Positions 11,869 to 20,803 of a DNA stretch of 64,000 nt are shown here, piece by piece (position 1 is the first letter of the stretch; the number at the start of each line of letters is the position of its first letter). This DNA comes from Escherichia coli. Its GTDB lineage: Bacteria; Pseudomonadota; Gammaproteobacteria; Enterobacterales; Enterobacteriaceae. The stretch lies in NCBI RefSeq assembly GCF_044324875.1, contig NZ_CP172185.1. The stretch is one strand, 5' to 3'. A program made the position numbers and the translations under genes. The notes under the pieces were generated by a model. That model had not been told where the DNA came from and did no database searches. It worked only from the letters and a program-made list of their open reading frames with translations.

Positions 11869-12816
11869 TTACAGACCGGTTAACCAGAAGACCCATGCAA
11901 GCGCAGCAAGGCTGAAGCCAAGCCAGGTCACATGGTGAATGAGTAAAAAACGCCCGCGTGCCAGCGTGTTTTCTGCGATTGAGGCCAGTACAAAAATCAG
12001 CAAAACCTTGAGCAGCGTAACGACAAGAGAAGTCAGCAGGCAGGCGAGAGAAAGTTCTTGCGCGCGCCCAAAGGGCAGAAACAGGGCCACAAACAGTGAT
12101 GCCATCACGACCTGTTTCAGCCCCAGCCCGCATTTCGCCAGCGCCAGCCCGGCACCGGAATATTCGGTCAGCGGGCCTTCCTGTAATTCCTGTTCTGCTT
12201 CAGCAACATCAAAGGGAATTTTTCCCATCTCAATGAAGCAGGCAAAACCACAGGCCAGTAACGCCAGTACGGTGGTTAGCGGCGAGCTCCAGCGCGTTGC
12301 CAGCGTATTGCTGATCATCTCGATATGCGTGGAACCCGCTATCAGCGCCAATACCAGCAGTGAGAGAATGAGCATGGGTTCGACCAGAATGCCGAGCGTC
12401 AACTCGCGACTGGCACCGACTCCCGCAAAGGGGCTTCCGGTATCCAGCCCGGAAAGAGCAAAGAAAAAACGAAACAGGGCAAGAAGATAGATAAGGGTGA
12501 TCAGATCGCCGCCGCCCGCAAAAGGGGAAACAGTAATAAATAGTGGTAGAGCCATCGCCAGCACCAGCATGCTGCTGATTAATACCCACGGCATCAGGCG
12601 GAACATCAGACCTGAAGATGTCGGCGCAACTTCCTGGCGTTTAAACAGTTTGTGGATATCGCGATAATCCTGCCAGATCCCCGGTCCGCGACGGGAGTGC
12701 ATTCGCGCGCGTATCTGCCGGGAAATCCCCGTAAAAAGCGGGGTTAGCGCCAGCAGAATCACGGCCTGTGCTAACGCAAAAATGATCAGATATCCGTCGC
12801 AAAGAGTTTGTCTCAT
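11869..12816 (-). CDS. hyfC: Hydrogenase-4 membrane subunit (NuoH/HycD-like)
   Basis: ATG at 12816 (MRQTLCDGYL..., 315 aa) preceded by AAGGAA SD; track ORF is extended 7 codons upstream. Confidence 0.9.
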   Translation of the reverse strand: MRQTLCDGYLIIFALAQAVILLALTPLFTGISRQIRARMHSRRGPGIWQDYRDIHKLFKRQEVAPTSSGLMFRLMPWVLISSMLVLAMALPLFITVSPFAGGGDLITLIYLLALFRFFFALSGLDTGSPFAGVGASRELTLGILVEPMLILSLLVLALIAGSTHIEMISNTLATRWSSPLTTVLALLACGFACFIEMGKIPFDVAEAEQELQEGPLTEYSGAGLALAKCGLGLKQVVMASLFVALFLPFGRAQELSLACLLTSLVVTLLKVLLIFVLASIAENTLARGRFLLIHHVTWLGFSLAALAWVFWLTGL

Positions 12817-12826
12817 GGTGATTTCC

Positions 12827-14845
12827 TTAGACGGCAATAGCGATTAGCAGCACAACCAGTGCGGCGACCACATACAGGCAATAGAGACGAAAGTCGCCGC
12901 TTTGCAGATGCTGTATTTCTTTGGCCAGCCGTTGGGTGGCGCTCACGATGGGGCGGATCACCCGCTCATCCCAGAAGGGTTCTGTGCTCTGAGCCCTGGC
13001 GGTGACATGCGCAAGACCTTTGTTCAGCCTCAGCGTAGGGTCGAGCTGTTGTCGTAGACGAAATAGCGCACAAAAGACCACACGCAGCGGTTGCATCACG
13101 CCATTGCCTGACGGGGCCATCGCATTATCCCAGCCGTAGCCGCATGCCCAGGCATCTCCTGTGCGACGAAACGCTGCGCGGCGCGAACGACACCACAGCC
13201 AGTAAAGGCCAGGCAGCAAAGGCATCGCCAGTAGTAACAGCAACAGTAATGAGGGAGTGACCCGTGTATGAAACGTGCCTGGTACAAGTGCTATTCCGCT
13301 GGCGACAGTGACGGGAGGGGTATTGGTAAACGCATGGGCAATGTGCATTATCTTCGGTGCCAGCCAACTGGCACTAAGCGCAATGAATACGCAGAGTGCC
13401 GCGAGCAGTAGCATGGCGACGATCATCGTATTCGGCACTTCCTGTGCCTCTTCAGCGTGTGTACTGCGCGGCGCTCCACAGAAAGTAATACCGTACATTT
13501 TGACGAAGCACATTACTGCCAGCCCACCAGTGACTGCCAGCATCACCATAGCAATAGGACCCGCAAGTTGTAGCGCTACGGCTTCCACACGACTTAGTGA
13601 GAACAGCGACTGCCAGGTGTACCATTCGCTGATAAAACCATTCAGCGGAGGAATAGCAGATATCGCGAGGCAACCAATCAGGCATGCTGCGGCTGTCCAC
13701 GGCATACGTTTCGCCAGTGCCCCCATTTTTTCCATGTCGTGGGTATGCAAACGCGAAATAATCGCACCCGCGCCGAGAAACAGCAGCCCTTTGAACAGCG
13801 CATGGTTGAGCAGATGAAACAGTGCGCCGAGCAGTCCAACCACGGTGAGCAGCGGGTCGTGCAGTGACAGACCGACCATCGCCACACCGACTGCCAGCAA
13901 AATAATGCCGACGTTTTCGACGGTACTCCAGGCCAGCAGCCGTTTGATATCCTGTTCCGCCAGCGCATACAGCACGCCCAGGAGCGCGGAGATTGCGCCG
14001 ATCGCCATCACCAGAATGCCCCACCACAGCGGCAAACCCGTTTGCGCCAGCAGGTCCATCGCTACTTTCAGGATGCCGAAAATACCGATTTTGACCATTA
14101 CGCCAGACATCAACGCCGAAGCGTGCGATGGTGCGGCAGGGTGAGCGCGTGGCAACCAGCTGTGCAACGGCATCATCCCGGCTTTCGCGCCAAAACCGAA
14201 GAAGGCCAGCAGGAACACCGCCGACGCCAGCCCCGGAGAAAGTGAAAGCGTGCGGAAACTGACAAAATCGAGGCTGCCGCTTTCGCGCCACATCAGCAAG
14301 AAGGCGATCATAATCAGCACCGATCCGGCGTGGGCGATAAAAAAGTAGAGCATGCCAGCGTTGATTGACGTTTTATCCTGCCTGGCAATGACCAGAAACC
14401 AGGAAGACAGCGACATCATTTCAAACAGCACGATGAACCAAAAAGCGTTGTCCATCACCAGCAGGGCAACCATCGATGCGATGAAAAGATTCATAAAGAA
14501 GCCCATCGCCGCCGCGCCTTTGCCCTCGTATTCGCGCATATAAGTCAATGAATAGAGAGAACAAACCACCACCAGCAAGGAGATAACCAGCACCATAAAT
14601 GCCGAGAGGCTATCCATTCGCAGGGTTAAATCGGCAAAGTCAAAAGGCGTGGCAAAACGGGCGACTAAAGTTACGCCTGCATGTAATTGCGTAATTCCGC
14701 TGATGATGCCAATCACGCCACCCACCAGCGATGTGATGCCGGAAAGCTTAATAGCCAGTCTGTCCAGACCGAGTAAAAACAGCGAAGCCAGACTGGCAAA
14801 CAGATAGAGGATCAGCGACCAGGTTAATAATTGCAGGGCATCCAT
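12827..14845 (-). CDS. hyfB: Hydrogenase-4 membrane subunit, antiporter-like (NuoL family)
   Basis: 672 aa polytopic ORF; start overlaps hyfA stop (TAATG). Confidence 0.93.
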   Translation of the reverse strand: MDALQLLTWSLILYLFASLASLFLLGLDRLAIKLSGITSLVGGVIGIISGITQLHAGVTLVARFATPFDFADLTLRMDSLSAFMVLVISLLVVVCSLYSLTYMREYEGKGAAAMGFFMNLFIASMVALLVMDNAFWFIVLFEMMSLSSWFLVIARQDKTSINAGMLYFFIAHAGSVLIMIAFLLMWRESGSLDFVSFRTLSLSPGLASAVFLLAFFGFGAKAGMMPLHSWLPRAHPAAPSHASALMSGVMVKIGIFGILKVAMDLLAQTGLPLWWGILVMAIGAISALLGVLYALAEQDIKRLLAWSTVENVGIILLAVGVAMVGLSLHDPLLTVVGLLGALFHLLNHALFKGLLFLGAGAIISRLHTHDMEKMGALAKRMPWTAAACLIGCLAISAIPPLNGFISEWYTWQSLFSLSRVEAVALQLAGPIAMVMLAVTGGLAVMCFVKMYGITFCGAPRSTHAEEAQEVPNTMIVAMLLLAALCVFIALSASWLAPKIMHIAHAFTNTPPVTVASGIALVPGTFHTRVTPSLLLLLLLAMPLLPGLYWLWCRSRRAAFRRTGDAWACGYGWDNAMAPSGNGVMQPLRVVFCALFRLRQQLDPTLRLNKGLAHVTARAQSTEPFWDERVIRPIVSATQRLAKEIQHLQSGDFRLYCLYVVAALVVLLIAIAV

Positions 14846-15462
14846 TAGCGTTGCTCCTGAGTGAGGGAAAGGGGATCCTCCCCGCCATTGGCAAACCAGC
14901 TTGCGGCAAGGCGCTGTTTTTCTTTCATCTGACGTTGCAGGCTATCGCCGGTGATCAGCCGTAACGCCTGATTCGGGCAAGCGCGAACGCAGGCCGGACC
15001 TTCTGGCAAGAAATCACACAGGTCGCATTTCACCGCGACGGTCTGGACACCCGGTTCCCAGCGCAGCAAAGCATGTTGGGTTGGCGCGTTTTCTTCGCCG
15101 TCTTTGAGTGAGCCCTCAGCCTGAAAAACATATTGCGCAGGGGCATTCACCGGACGGCTTCCTGAAGCGCTGATTGCGCCAAATGGGCAGACCACGGCAC
15201 AAAGCTTGCAGCCAATACAGAGGCTTTCGTTGAGTTGGATCGCATCATCCCTCTGGGAGATGGCATTGACCGGGCAGACCTGCAGGCAAGGGGCTTCCTC
15301 ACAGTGATGACACACGACAGGGGCAGTGAGTGTTGACGTCTTCGCCAGGGCCAGGCGCGGGTGTTGCTGTAAACCTTGCGTTTTATGCACGTCCGAACAG
15401 GCAGCGAGACAGGTATTACATCCTGTACACCACAGTGGTTCGGCCACCACAAAGCGGTTCAT
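14845..15462 (-). CDS. hyfA: Hydrogenase-4 ferredoxin-type electron transfer subunit (4x Fe-S cluster motifs)
   Basis: ATG at 15462 (MNRFVVAEPLWCTGCNTC..., 205 aa) with AGGAG SD; four Cys-cluster motifs; track ORF is extended 13 codons. Confidence 0.92.
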   Translation of the reverse strand: MNRFVVAEPLWCTGCNTCLAACSDVHKTQGLQQHPRLALAKTSTLTAPVVCHHCEEAPCLQVCPVNAISQRDDAIQLNESLCIGCKLCAVVCPFGAISASGSRPVNAPAQYVFQAEGSLKDGEENAPTQHALLRWEPGVQTVAVKCDLCDFLPEGPACVRACPNQALRLITGDSLQRQMKEKQRLAASWFANGGEDPLSLTQEQR

Positions 15463-15503
15463 GTCGGCTCCTTGAAAATGATATGAAACATTGCATTTCA
15501 TAT

Positions 15504-15520
15504 TGCATAAAGGATGCCAG
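15504..15520 (-). promoter_or_regulatory. Candidate sigma-54 (-24/-12) promoter of the hyf operon
   Basis: Minus strand reads cTGGCATcctttaTGCA (GG-N10-GC spacing of the sigma-54 consensus TGGCAC-N5-TTGCA), about 40 nt upstream of hyfA ATG; the operon ends with the sigma-54 activator hyfR. Confidence 0.55.
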
Positions 15521-15714
15521 TCTGATTAATTTAATATATTCAATAAGTTATGTGTTAACTGGATTCTGAACGGTACAAAAATGATGGTCATTAACGTTCA
15601 GCAAAAAATGAATTCGACACCCGTGTCGCAGGGGAAAGCGAGAATGTGATCTTGATCACGAGAAGTGAGGTGTGCTGACCGCAAGCGCAGCCAGCACGGA
15701 ATGGAGCAAAGTAA

Positions 15715-16185
15715 TCAGGCGTGTTCTTTCAGCCAGTTCAGCACAACGTCGTGGTGATTGCTGGTTTTGAAATCGTCAAAGACATGTTCGATTTTGCCAT
15801 CAGCGTCAATCAGGAAGCTGATGCGATGAATACCATCGTAGGTTTTGCCCATGAAGGACTTTTCACCCCAGACGCCGAATTGTTCGCACACCTGGTGGTC
15901 CTCATCAGACAGGAGCGTAAAGTTAAGCAGCTCTTTTTCCGCAAAACGGGAGAGTTTTTCGGGTTTATCGGTGCTGATACCCAGCACATCAACGCCCGCT
16001 TTTTTCAACTCATCCATGTTATCGCGTAAGCCGCAGGCCTGTACGGTACAGCCGGGGGTCATGGCTTTCGGGTAGAAATAAACCAGAACACGCTGTCCCT
16101 GGAAGTCGGTCAAATTAACTTGTTCTCCGTCTTGATCCGGCAAGCTAAATTTCGGTGCGATATCACCGGCTTTCAGTGGATTCAT
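15715..16185 (-). CDS. bcp: Thiol peroxidase / peroxiredoxin Bcp
   Basis: 156 aa; peroxidatic Cys motif KAMTPGCTVQACG. Confidence 0.95.
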   Translation of the reverse strand: MNPLKAGDIAPKFSLPDQDGEQVNLTDFQGQRVLVYFYPKAMTPGCTVQACGLRDNMDELKKAGVDVLGISTDKPEKLSRFAEKELLNFTLLSDEDHQVCEQFGVWGEKSFMGKTYDGIHRISFLIDADGKIEHVFDDFKTSNHHDVVLNWLKEHA

Positions 16186-16757
16186 TACTTAACTCCATCC
16201 TGTTCATCATGTTGGGAATAATTGACGACGTTAATACTGCCTTGTGCATTGAGTTCTGTACATAGGGCTTTGAACGCTTGCTCAATATTTGCTGCGTCCG
16301 CAGATGCGGGGCTGTGGGCGGTTATCTGAATATGCAACTGCGCAGCCCGTTCATTTTCAGCAGGTTGCGTGCGTGACACCAGCTCCGCAATGTTCATATG
16401 ATGCGCGTCGAAAAGTGCTGTGAAGCGTTCAATTAAATGCGGGGAGTCTGCCACATCGACCTGAACCCAGACAGATGCTGGCATTGGCGGACGCGGACGC
16501 GCCGTCGTGCGCTTCATCACGATTAAAAGATCCAGTTCTGCACCTTTCAACGGTAACGTTGATTCAATCAGAGTAATGGCATTCCATGAACCGGAAAGCA
16601 GCATGATAAACGTGAACTCTTCTCCCAGCATCGCCAGGCGACTGTCTTCAATATTACAGCCGCAACTACTGACATGACGGGTGATGGTGTTCACAATTCC
16701 AGGGCGATCGGCACCCAACGCAGTGATCACCAGATAATGTTGCGATGACAGTGTCAA
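16185..16757 (-). CDS. gcvR: Glycine cleavage system transcriptional repressor GcvR
   Basis: 190 aa from TTG start at 16757 (MTLSSQHYLVITALGADRPGIV...); track ORF is extended 22 codons; stop overlaps bcp start by 1 nt. Confidence 0.85.
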   Translation of the reverse strand: MTLSSQHYLVITALGADRPGIVNTITRHVSSCGCNIEDSRLAMLGEEFTFIMLLSGSWNAITLIESTLPLKGAELDLLIVMKRTTARPRPPMPASVWVQVDVADSPHLIERFTALFDAHHMNIAELVSRTQPAENERAAQLHIQITAHSPASADAANIEQAFKALCTELNAQGSINVVNYSQHDEQDGVK

Positions 16758-16902
16758 ACTGGTTATTCCTTTAAGGGGTGAGTTGTTCTTAAGGAAAGCA
16801 TAAAAAAAACATGCATACAACAATCAGAACGGTTCTGTCTGCTTGCTTTTAATGCCATACCAAACGTACCATTGAGACACTTGTTTGCACAGAGGATGGC
16901 CC

Positions 16903-17781
16903 ATGTTCACGGGAAGTATTGTCGCGATTGTTACTCCGATGGATGAAAAAGGTAATGTCTGTCGGGCTAGCTTGAAAAAACTGATTGATTATCATGTCGC
17001 CAGCGGTACTTCGGCGATCGTTTCTGTTGGCACCACTGGCGAGTCCGCTACCTTAAATCATGACGAACATGCTGATGTGGTGATGATGACGCTGGAGCTG
17101 GCTGACGGGCGCATTCCGGTGATTGCCGGGACCGGCGCTAACGCTACTGCGGAAGCCATTAGCCTGACGCAGCGCTTCAATGACAGTGGTATCGTCGGCT
17201 GCCTGACGGTAACCCCTTACTACAATCGTCCGTCGCAAGAAGGTTTGTATCAGCATTTCAAAGCCATCGCTGAGCATACTGACCTGCCGCAAATTCTGTA
17301 TAATGTGCCGTCCCGTACTGGCTGCGATCTGCTCCCGGAAACGGTGGGCCGTCTGGCGAAAGTAAAAAATATTATCGGAATCAAAGAGGCAACAGGGAAC
17401 TTAACGCGTGTAAACCAGATCAAAGAGCTGGTTTCAGATGATTTTGTTCTGCTGAGCGGCGATGATGCGAGCGCGCTGGACTTCATGCAATTAGGCGGTC
17501 ATGGGGTTATTTCCGTTACGGCTAACGTCGCAGCGCGTGATATGGCCCAGATGTGCAAACTGGCAGCAGAAGGGCATTTTGCCGAGGCACGCGTTATTAA
17601 TCAGCGTCTGATGCCATTACACAACAAACTATTTGTCGAACCCAATCCAATCCCGGTGAAATGGGCATGTAAGGAACTGGGTCTTGTGGCGACCGATACG
17701 CTGCGCCTGCCAATGACACCTATCACCGACAGTGGTCGTGAGACGGTCAGAGCGGCGCTTAAGCATGCCGGTTTGCTGTAA
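16903..17781 (+). CDS. dapA: 4-hydroxy-tetrahydrodipicolinate synthase (dihydrodipicolinate synthase)
   Basis: 292 aa from ATG 16903 ([17 protein letters not shown]...); GTTGES motif; matches DapA. Confidence 0.96.
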   Translation: MFTGSIVAIVTPMDEKGNVCRASLKKLIDYHVASGTSAIVSVGTTGESATLNHDEHADVVMMTLELADGRIPVIAGTGANATAEAISLTQRFNDSGIVGCLTVTPYYNRPSQEGLYQHFKAIAEHTDLPQILYNVPSRTGCDLLPETVGRLAKVKNIIGIKEATGNLTRVNQIKELVSDDFVLLSGDDASALDFMQLGGHGVISVTANVAARDMAQMCKLAAEGHFAEARVINQRLMPLHNKLFVEPNPIPVKWACKELGLVATDTLRLPMTPITDSGRETVRAALKHAGLL

Positions 17782-17797
17782 AGTTTAGGGAGATTTG

Positions 17798-18832
17798 ATG
17801 GCTTACTCTGTTCAAAAGTCGCGCCTGGCAAAGGTTGCGGGTGTTTCGCTTGTTTTATTACTCGCTGCCTGTAGTTCTGACTCACGCTATAAGCGTCAGG
17901 TCAGTGGTGATGAAGCCTACCTGGAAGCGGCACCGCTTGCGGAGCTTCATGCCCCGGCTGGAATGATTTTGCCGGTGACCTCCGGTGATTATGCAATCCC
18001 GGTGACCAACGGTAGTGGTGCTGTCGGTAAGGCGCTGGACATTCGTCCACCAGCCCAGCCGCTGGCACTGGTTTCTGGCGCGCGTACCCAGTTCACGGGC
18101 GATACCGCTTCATTGCTGGTGGAAAATGGTCGTGGCAATACTCTGTGGCCGCAGGTGGTTAGCGTGCTGCAGGCGAAAAACTACACCATCACCCAACGTG
18201 ATGATGCTGGTCAGACACTGACCACCGATTGGGTACAATGGAACCGTCTGGACGAAGACGAGCAGTATCGTGGTCGTTATCAAATCTCTGTTAAGCCGCA
18301 GGGTTATCAGCAGGCGGTTACGGTTAAACTGCTGAACCTGGAACAGGCGGGCAAACCGGTTGCAGACGCGGCTTCCATGCAGCGTTACAGCACGGAGATG
18401 ATGAACGTTATTTCCGCCGGTCTGGATAAATCTGCCACTGACGCCGCGAACGCTGCGCAAAATCGTGCCTCCACCACTATGGACGTACAAAGTGCAGCTG
18501 ATGACACCGGTTTACCGATGCTGGTCGTACGCGGGCCGTTCAATGTGGTTTGGCAACGTCTGCCAGCGGCGCTGGAAAAAGTGGGCATGAAAGTGACCGA
18601 CAGCACCCGTTCGCAGGGCAACATGGCCGTAACTTATAAGCCGCTGTCTGACAGCGACTGGCAGGAACTGGGCGCGAGCGATCCAGGCCTGGCATCCGGT
18701 GACTATAAACTGCAGGTTGGCGATTTAGATAACCGCAGCAGCCTACAGTTCATCGATCCGAAAGGTCATACTCTGACTCAGAGTCAGAACGACGCGCTGG
18801 TAGCTGTCTTCCAGGCTGCGTTTAGCAAGTAA
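17798..18832 (+). CDS. bamC: Outer membrane protein assembly factor BamC (NlpB) lipoprotein
   Basis: 344 aa; lipobox LLAACSS after signal peptide; AGGGAG SD upstream of ATG 17798. Confidence 0.95.
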
Positions 18833-18840
18833 AAATACAG

Positions 18841-18865
18841 GGCTGGAGTCATCCGGCCCTTTTTT
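18841..18865 (+). terminator. Rho-independent terminator after bamC
   Basis: 7-bp stem ggctgga/tccggcc (one G-U pair), 4-nt loop, then TTTTTT. Confidence 0.6.
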
Positions 18866-18875
18866 CTGATATGAT

Positions 18876-18891
18876 ACGCAAACGTGTGCGT
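18876..18891 (+). promoter_or_regulatory. Candidate PurR operator (pur box) upstream of purC
   Basis: ACGCAAACGTGTGCGT, one mismatch to the palindromic pur box ACGCAAACGTTTGCGT. Confidence 0.5.
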
Positions 18892-19044
18892 CGGCAGGAA
18901 AACGCGATTTTAGCGGTAATTCGCACGAAATTTGTTTGTCGGACGTCGTTCGGATAAAGCGTTCTTGCCGCATCTGACAAAACATCCGGCACACCAGACA
19001 GCAAAAGATTTTAAAACGTTAATTCACACCCAGGAGTGATAAAG

Positions 19045-19758
19045 ATGCAAAAGCAAGCTGAGTTGTATCGTGGTAAAGCGAAAACCGTATACAGCACGGA
19101 AAACCCGGACCTGTTGGTGCTCGAATTCCGCAATGATACGTCAGCAGGGGATGGCGCGCGCATTGAGCAGTTTGATCGCAAAGGTATGGTGAACAACAAG
19201 TTCAACTACTTCATTATGAGCAAACTGGCTGAAGCGGGTATCCCGACTCAAATGGAGCGTCTGCTCTCCGATACCGAATGTCTGGTGAAAAAGCTGGATA
19301 TGGTGCCGGTTGAGTGTGTCGTGCGTAACCGTGCTGCTGGCTCTCTGGTAAAACGTCTTGGAATCGAAGAAGGTATTGAGCTGAACCCACCGCTGTTCGA
19401 TCTGTTCCTGAAAAACGACGCCATGCACGATCCGATGGTCAACGAATCTTACTGCGAAACCTTTGGCTGGGTGAGCAAAGAGAATCTGGCGCGTATGAAA
19501 GAGCTGACCTACAAAGCGAACGACGTGCTGAAAAAACTGTTCGATGATGCTGGTCTGATTTTGGTCGACTTTAAACTGGAGTTTGGCCTGTACAAAGGTG
19601 AAGTGGTACTGGGCGATGAGTTCTCCCCGGACGGCAGCCGCCTGTGGGACAAAGAAACGCTGGAGAAAATGGACAAAGACCGTTTCCGCCAGAGCCTCGG
19701 TGGCCTGATCGAAGCCTATGAAGCCGTCGCCCGCCGCCTGGGTGTACAGCTGGACTGA
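19045..19758 (+). CDS. purC: Phosphoribosylaminoimidazole-succinocarboxamide (SAICAR) synthase
   Basis: 237 aa from ATG 19045 ([22 protein letters not shown]...); CAGGAG SD. Confidence 0.96.
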
Positions 19759-19925
19759 TTTTTCTGTTCATCATCTTGCCGTGCAGCTGGCACGGCAAGA
19801 CAACCGCTCTCGGCAGATGTGCATTGAACGCTCATTCCTCCGCCATTTCATCCCGCTTTCCTGTGGTAATCTTCCTCTGAACCACCTACGATCATTTCTA
19901 TAATGAATATATTGTTGAGGTATCT

Positions 19926-20789
19926 ATGCGTTGGCAAGGGCGACGTGAAAGTGACAATGTTGAAGACAGGCGCAACAGCTCTGGTGGTCCGTCAATGGGC
20001 GGTCCAGGTTTTCGCCTGCCAAGCGGTAAAGGCGGGCTGATTTTACTGATAGTCGTGCTGGTTGCAGGCTACTATGGCGTTGATTTAACCGGGTTGATGA
20101 CCGGACAGCCGGTTTCCCAACAGCAATCAACACGGTCAATTAGTCCTAATGAAGACGAAGCCGCAAAATTCACTTCGGTGATTCTGGCAACCACGGAAGA
20201 CACCTGGGGACAGCAATTCGAGAAGATGGGTAAAACCTATCAGCAACCGAAGCTGGTCATGTACCGTGGAATGACGCGCACCGGCTGCGGGGCGGGCCAG
20301 TCCATTATGGGGCCGTTCTATTGCCCGGCGGATGGCACGGTTTATATCGATCTCTCTTTCTATGATGACATGAAAGACAAACTTGGCGCGGATGGCGATT
20401 TTGCCCAGGGGTACGTTATCGCCCATGAAGTCGGTCATCATGTGCAGAAACTGTTAGGCATCGAGCCGAAAGTTCGTCAACTGCAACAAAACGCGACGCA
20501 GGCGGAAGTGAACCGCTTATCTGTGCGTATGGAACTCCAGGCCGACTGTTTTGCCGGTGTCTGGGGGCATAGTATGCAGCAGCAAGGTGTTCTGGAAACC
20601 GGCGATCTGGAAGAGGCGCTGAACGCGGCGCAGGCCATCGGCGATGACCGTTTACAACAGCAAAGTCAGGGGCGAGTAGTACCAGACAGTTTCACTCATG
20701 GTACTTCTCAGCAACGCTACAGCTGGTTTAAACGTGGTTTCGACAGCGGCGATCCGGCACAATGCAATACTTTTGGTAAAAGCATTTAA
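19926..20789 (+). CDS. ypfJ: Putative zinc metalloprotease-like protein YpfJ
   Basis: 287 aa; N-terminal TM segment; HEVGHH zinc-binding motif. Confidence 0.9.
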
Positions 20790-20803
20790 CTTCCGGGGCA
20801 GGG

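Noticed and set aside
13452-14291. 279-aa ORF on the minus strand inside hyfB (alternative frame), plus smaller nested ORFs at 13125-13367 and 13678-13968
   Set aside because: Arg/Gly/Ala-rich translation typical of an out-of-frame read through GC-rich coding DNA; entirely contained within the well-supported hyfB frame; no SD.
15463-15501. 5' extensions of track ORFs (hyfA to 15501; also tktB to 37072, eutS to 40768, eutM to 44153, ypeA to 57565, gcvR to 16823, hyfC to 12837)
   Set aside because: The track reports the longest possible ORF including TTG/GTG codons. Internal starts were chosen where they have an SD at correct spacing and give the known protein N-terminus and length.
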